Shown here piece after piece: positions 61,225-64,000 of a stretch of DNA of 64,000 nucleotides. The position numbers and the translations under genes are program-made. The notes under the pieces were generated by a model, which worked only from the letters and a program-made list of their open reading frames with translations, made no database searches and was not told the origin of the DNA. The DNA is from Moniliella sp. 'wahieum' (lineage: Eukaryota): contig RSEE01000026.1 of assembly GCA_003971905.1 (NCBI GenBank), positions 124,001 to 188,000 of the forward strand. The letters run 5' to 3'. The number at the start of each line of letters is the position of its first letter. Position 1 is the first letter of the stretch.

Positions 61225-61957
61225 TGTGTCTGCACAACCGATAAAACGTCAGTTTCCCATCTCATACGCAGTGACGTCCATCCTGGTCCGTCTCCCCATG
61301 GGCAGAGTTGGGGAATGGCAACCAGTGCCAGCCTGCACATCGGCCGCAGGCATCTCCTATCGCCCTGCAGCGTCATCTGTGCGGCAGAGGACATCCACGT
61401 GTTAGGGAACGTAGACGGACCTAGATATGTGCGATGGAGGTGACACAGAAAGGTGTAAGGTAAACCGTCCACTTGGGCAGACAGTGGGGCCTCCGTGCCG
61501 TAGGATCATAGAGAAACAGCATTGAGTGGGACATAACACTTCCCCTGCTAACATTCAATTCCCATCAACCTAAGGAGCACTGCAGCAGTTTCTATAAAAA
61601 ACGAAAATAAGCAAATGCGCCGCAGCGCATCATATTCACAATAGGGTTGGATTTGTGCTCATGCACCAAGTACCACCTTAACCCCAGTCGAAGTGCCTGC
61701 TCACCACCGGTCGATTCAGTAAGTGCATGCCTGCGGCTACGCCTTGCTGCCCGCTGCCACGAAGCCCTAGACACCCTTCCTTGCGAAGTCGGCTTGCTTA
61801 TTTGCTTGCATATGCTGGTGGATTGGCTGCCTATGCAAACTTTGGGGGTCGGTACTGGGGCTGAGGTTACGCAGGTGGGGCAGTGGGGGGGCGCCGGCCG
61901 TCACTTCGGGCTGTGGTTTTGAAGGAGCATACGGCTGACCCCGACTTTGTAGGCACC

Positions 61958-62443
61958 ATGGGTAAGCCTAGTGGTTTGAATGCAGCGCGCAAGCTGCACA
62001 CGACCCCCGTGAGAACAAGTGGGCCGACAAGGCATGGAAGAAGCGCGCCCTCGGCAACTTCTACAAATCATCCCCTACTGCTGGCTCTTCTCAGGCCAAG
62101 GCATCGTTCTTGAGAAGGTTGGTGTTGAGGCCAAGCAGCCCAACTCTGCCATCCGCAAGTGTGTTCGTGTCCAGCTGATCAAAAACGGCAAGAAAGTTGC
62201 CGCCTTCGTTCCCCACGACGGTTGCCTCAACTTCGTTGATGAGAACGATGAGGTGCTCATCGAGGGTTTCGGCCGTAAGGGTAAGGCCAAGGGTGACATT
62301 CCCGGTGTGCGTTTCCGTGTTATCAAGGTGTCCGGGTCGGTACGTACCTCTTTCTCCCTTGGTTTTGACGACTTGGACTGACATTCTGCACCCAGGTCTG
62401 TACGCCACTCTTCCGTGAGAAGAAAGAGAAGCCGCGTTCTTGA
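61958..62443 (+). CDS. RPS23: 40S ribosomal protein S23 (uS12)
   Basis: [53 protein letters not shown] and EKKEKPRS*. Intron about 62340-62395. Confidence 0.98.
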
Positions 62444-63199
62444 ACAATACACACATTATGTATGATGAGCTGCATCCACACCATTAATCCCTGTTTGAGC
62501 GGCATTGCTTCTTCTGCATCTCCGTATGACGATTGGTTTCACTATGTGCCTCGCCCGAAAAATGTGTCTGAAACCCCCAACTCACCATGGTGATTTTTAC
62601 AGGGTTTTTGCGTAGCTTCGCGAAGTCAAAGCAGGAGTCGTAGCTGTTTACTAGTAGCATCATTGGAATGAATCACTACTAGTACTAACATGTTGATAGA
62701 AGGCCCATCCGGGGATAATTGATTCATCCCCTGTTTATACGCGCCTACGAATTTCCTTTTCCAACTCCCCCGCCACCGGGGCTGTGGAATCCATAGCAGT
62801 ATCATGCCATCTCGGACTGATGCGATCGCTTTGCCTTAGAACTACGGAGAAAATAAAAGGACAAGCAAAATGAGCTAAAGGTTTAAGGGAAAAGGAAAGG
62901 GAGCCGCAGTCGGTGATATCATTCAGGGGCATGCATCATGAGAATGACGCCGGGCGTGAAGCGCAAGGCGTAAAACATGAGGCAACAAGCTCTTCGAGCT
63001 TACTGGGGTAAAAGAAACAAAAGTTAATGGCGCTGAGCGGCTGAGCTCAGTCGGAGCACATCAATGGACCGTGGCAAAAAATCACAGGGGGACCGAAGTG
63101 GAGAAAGGGACGTGAGACCGAGAAGGGGCACGTAACAACAGGTGGGATCGTGAGATCAAAAGACACCAATGAGACACAAAAAAGAGAGTTTGGCACGTA

Positions 63200-64000
63200 G
63201 AGCACTGAGTGACGTTGGAAGTTTTTAAATGGAAGGCTCAGGGTCTTCTCGCCCAGGGAGGATTCGGCCATCTTGCCCTCCTGCAGCTTCTCCTCACCAA
63301 TCTTCTCCATGTCCTCAGCCGTGACGAGGGCGGCGACTTCTTTGCCAGTGACAAGAGCGCGGCGGGAAGTGTAGCCAGGAGGGCACCAGCTACGGCTGTT
63401 CCAGGGCTTGCAGCTGGGGTCGTGGTACATGAGGTCGACTTGCTCCAGACTGAGGCCTTGGGTCTCACGCACAAAGAAGAAGACGATGAACGCGTTCACA
63501 ATGTTCCAGGCGGCAAAGATGAAACCGTAGGCTGAGGAGAATCGTGTTAACGAAACAACGTGAAGAACAGGAAAAAACGTACCATAGCCAATGTTGCCAG
63601 TAATGGCTGAGTGAGAAAGCCAAGGCAAAGTTCCACGCCCAGTTGGTGGCCGTCGACAAAGCTGCTGCTTGGCACGAGTGCGCGAGCCGAAGTTCTCACC
63701 GCACCAGACCCACACGGCCGGAGACCAGGTGCAGGCAAGGCAGAAAACGTAGAAGCAACCAGCGCAGGTCATGAGGTCACCGATGGACTTGGAAACGTGG
63801 GGGTCGCCCATTTTGTGACTTTCGTTACCCGCAACACCTGCGATGGCGAACACGAACAGCCAGATAGAGCACCCAACGGAACCGTACAAGAGGGTGTTGC
63901 GACGTCCCCATGCTTCCACCATCCAGAGACCAGGAGCAGTGCAAACGAAGTTGACAGCACCAAGAATGATTTGAGTGACGTACGAGTCAGGCCGGCGTTC
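63200..64000 (-). CDS. MFS sugar porter (hexose transporter-like), C-terminal part
   Basis: QIILGAVNF, VEAWGRR..LLYGS, TWSPAVWVWCGENF, NWAWNF and FFVRETQGLSLEQVDLMY. Continues beyond the window. Confidence 0.95.

Overview
This is eukaryotic DNA, most likely a basidiomycete fungus. That is an inference (smut-like or Ustilaginomycotina-like) from GC-rich, densely packed genes with few short GT-AG introns and CTAAC/CTGAC branch sites. About 20 recognisable housekeeping genes are present: RhoGAP, glutathione peroxidase, a complex I accessory subunit, Per1, Met10, DUF1989, an Mbp1/Res-type APSES factor, amino acid permease, CUE-Smr protein, NAPE-PLD, histidine phosphatases, LtrA, a C3HC zinc finger, an Nrc-2/Kin82-type kinase, carboxylesterase, RPL27, RPS23 and a sugar transporter. 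There is also an intron-containing tRNA-Leu(AAG). Nearly every CDS, ribosomal proteins included, is broken by small indels. I read these as unpolished long-read errors, so CDS boundaries are approximate. The accessory DNA holds three solo LTRs (two with intact 5-bp TSDs), a CRE-clade non-LTR retrotransposon relic and an unnamed three-copy dispersed repeat. I found no convincing new multi-gene system. The most unusual unexplained signal is a recurring intergenic vocabulary of short palindromic or self-complementary word arrays. Next come an unannotated spliced locus near 32.8-33.2 kb, a candidate secreted orphan gene near 60 kb, and structured 5' introns in a head-to-head RPL27/RPS23 pair.
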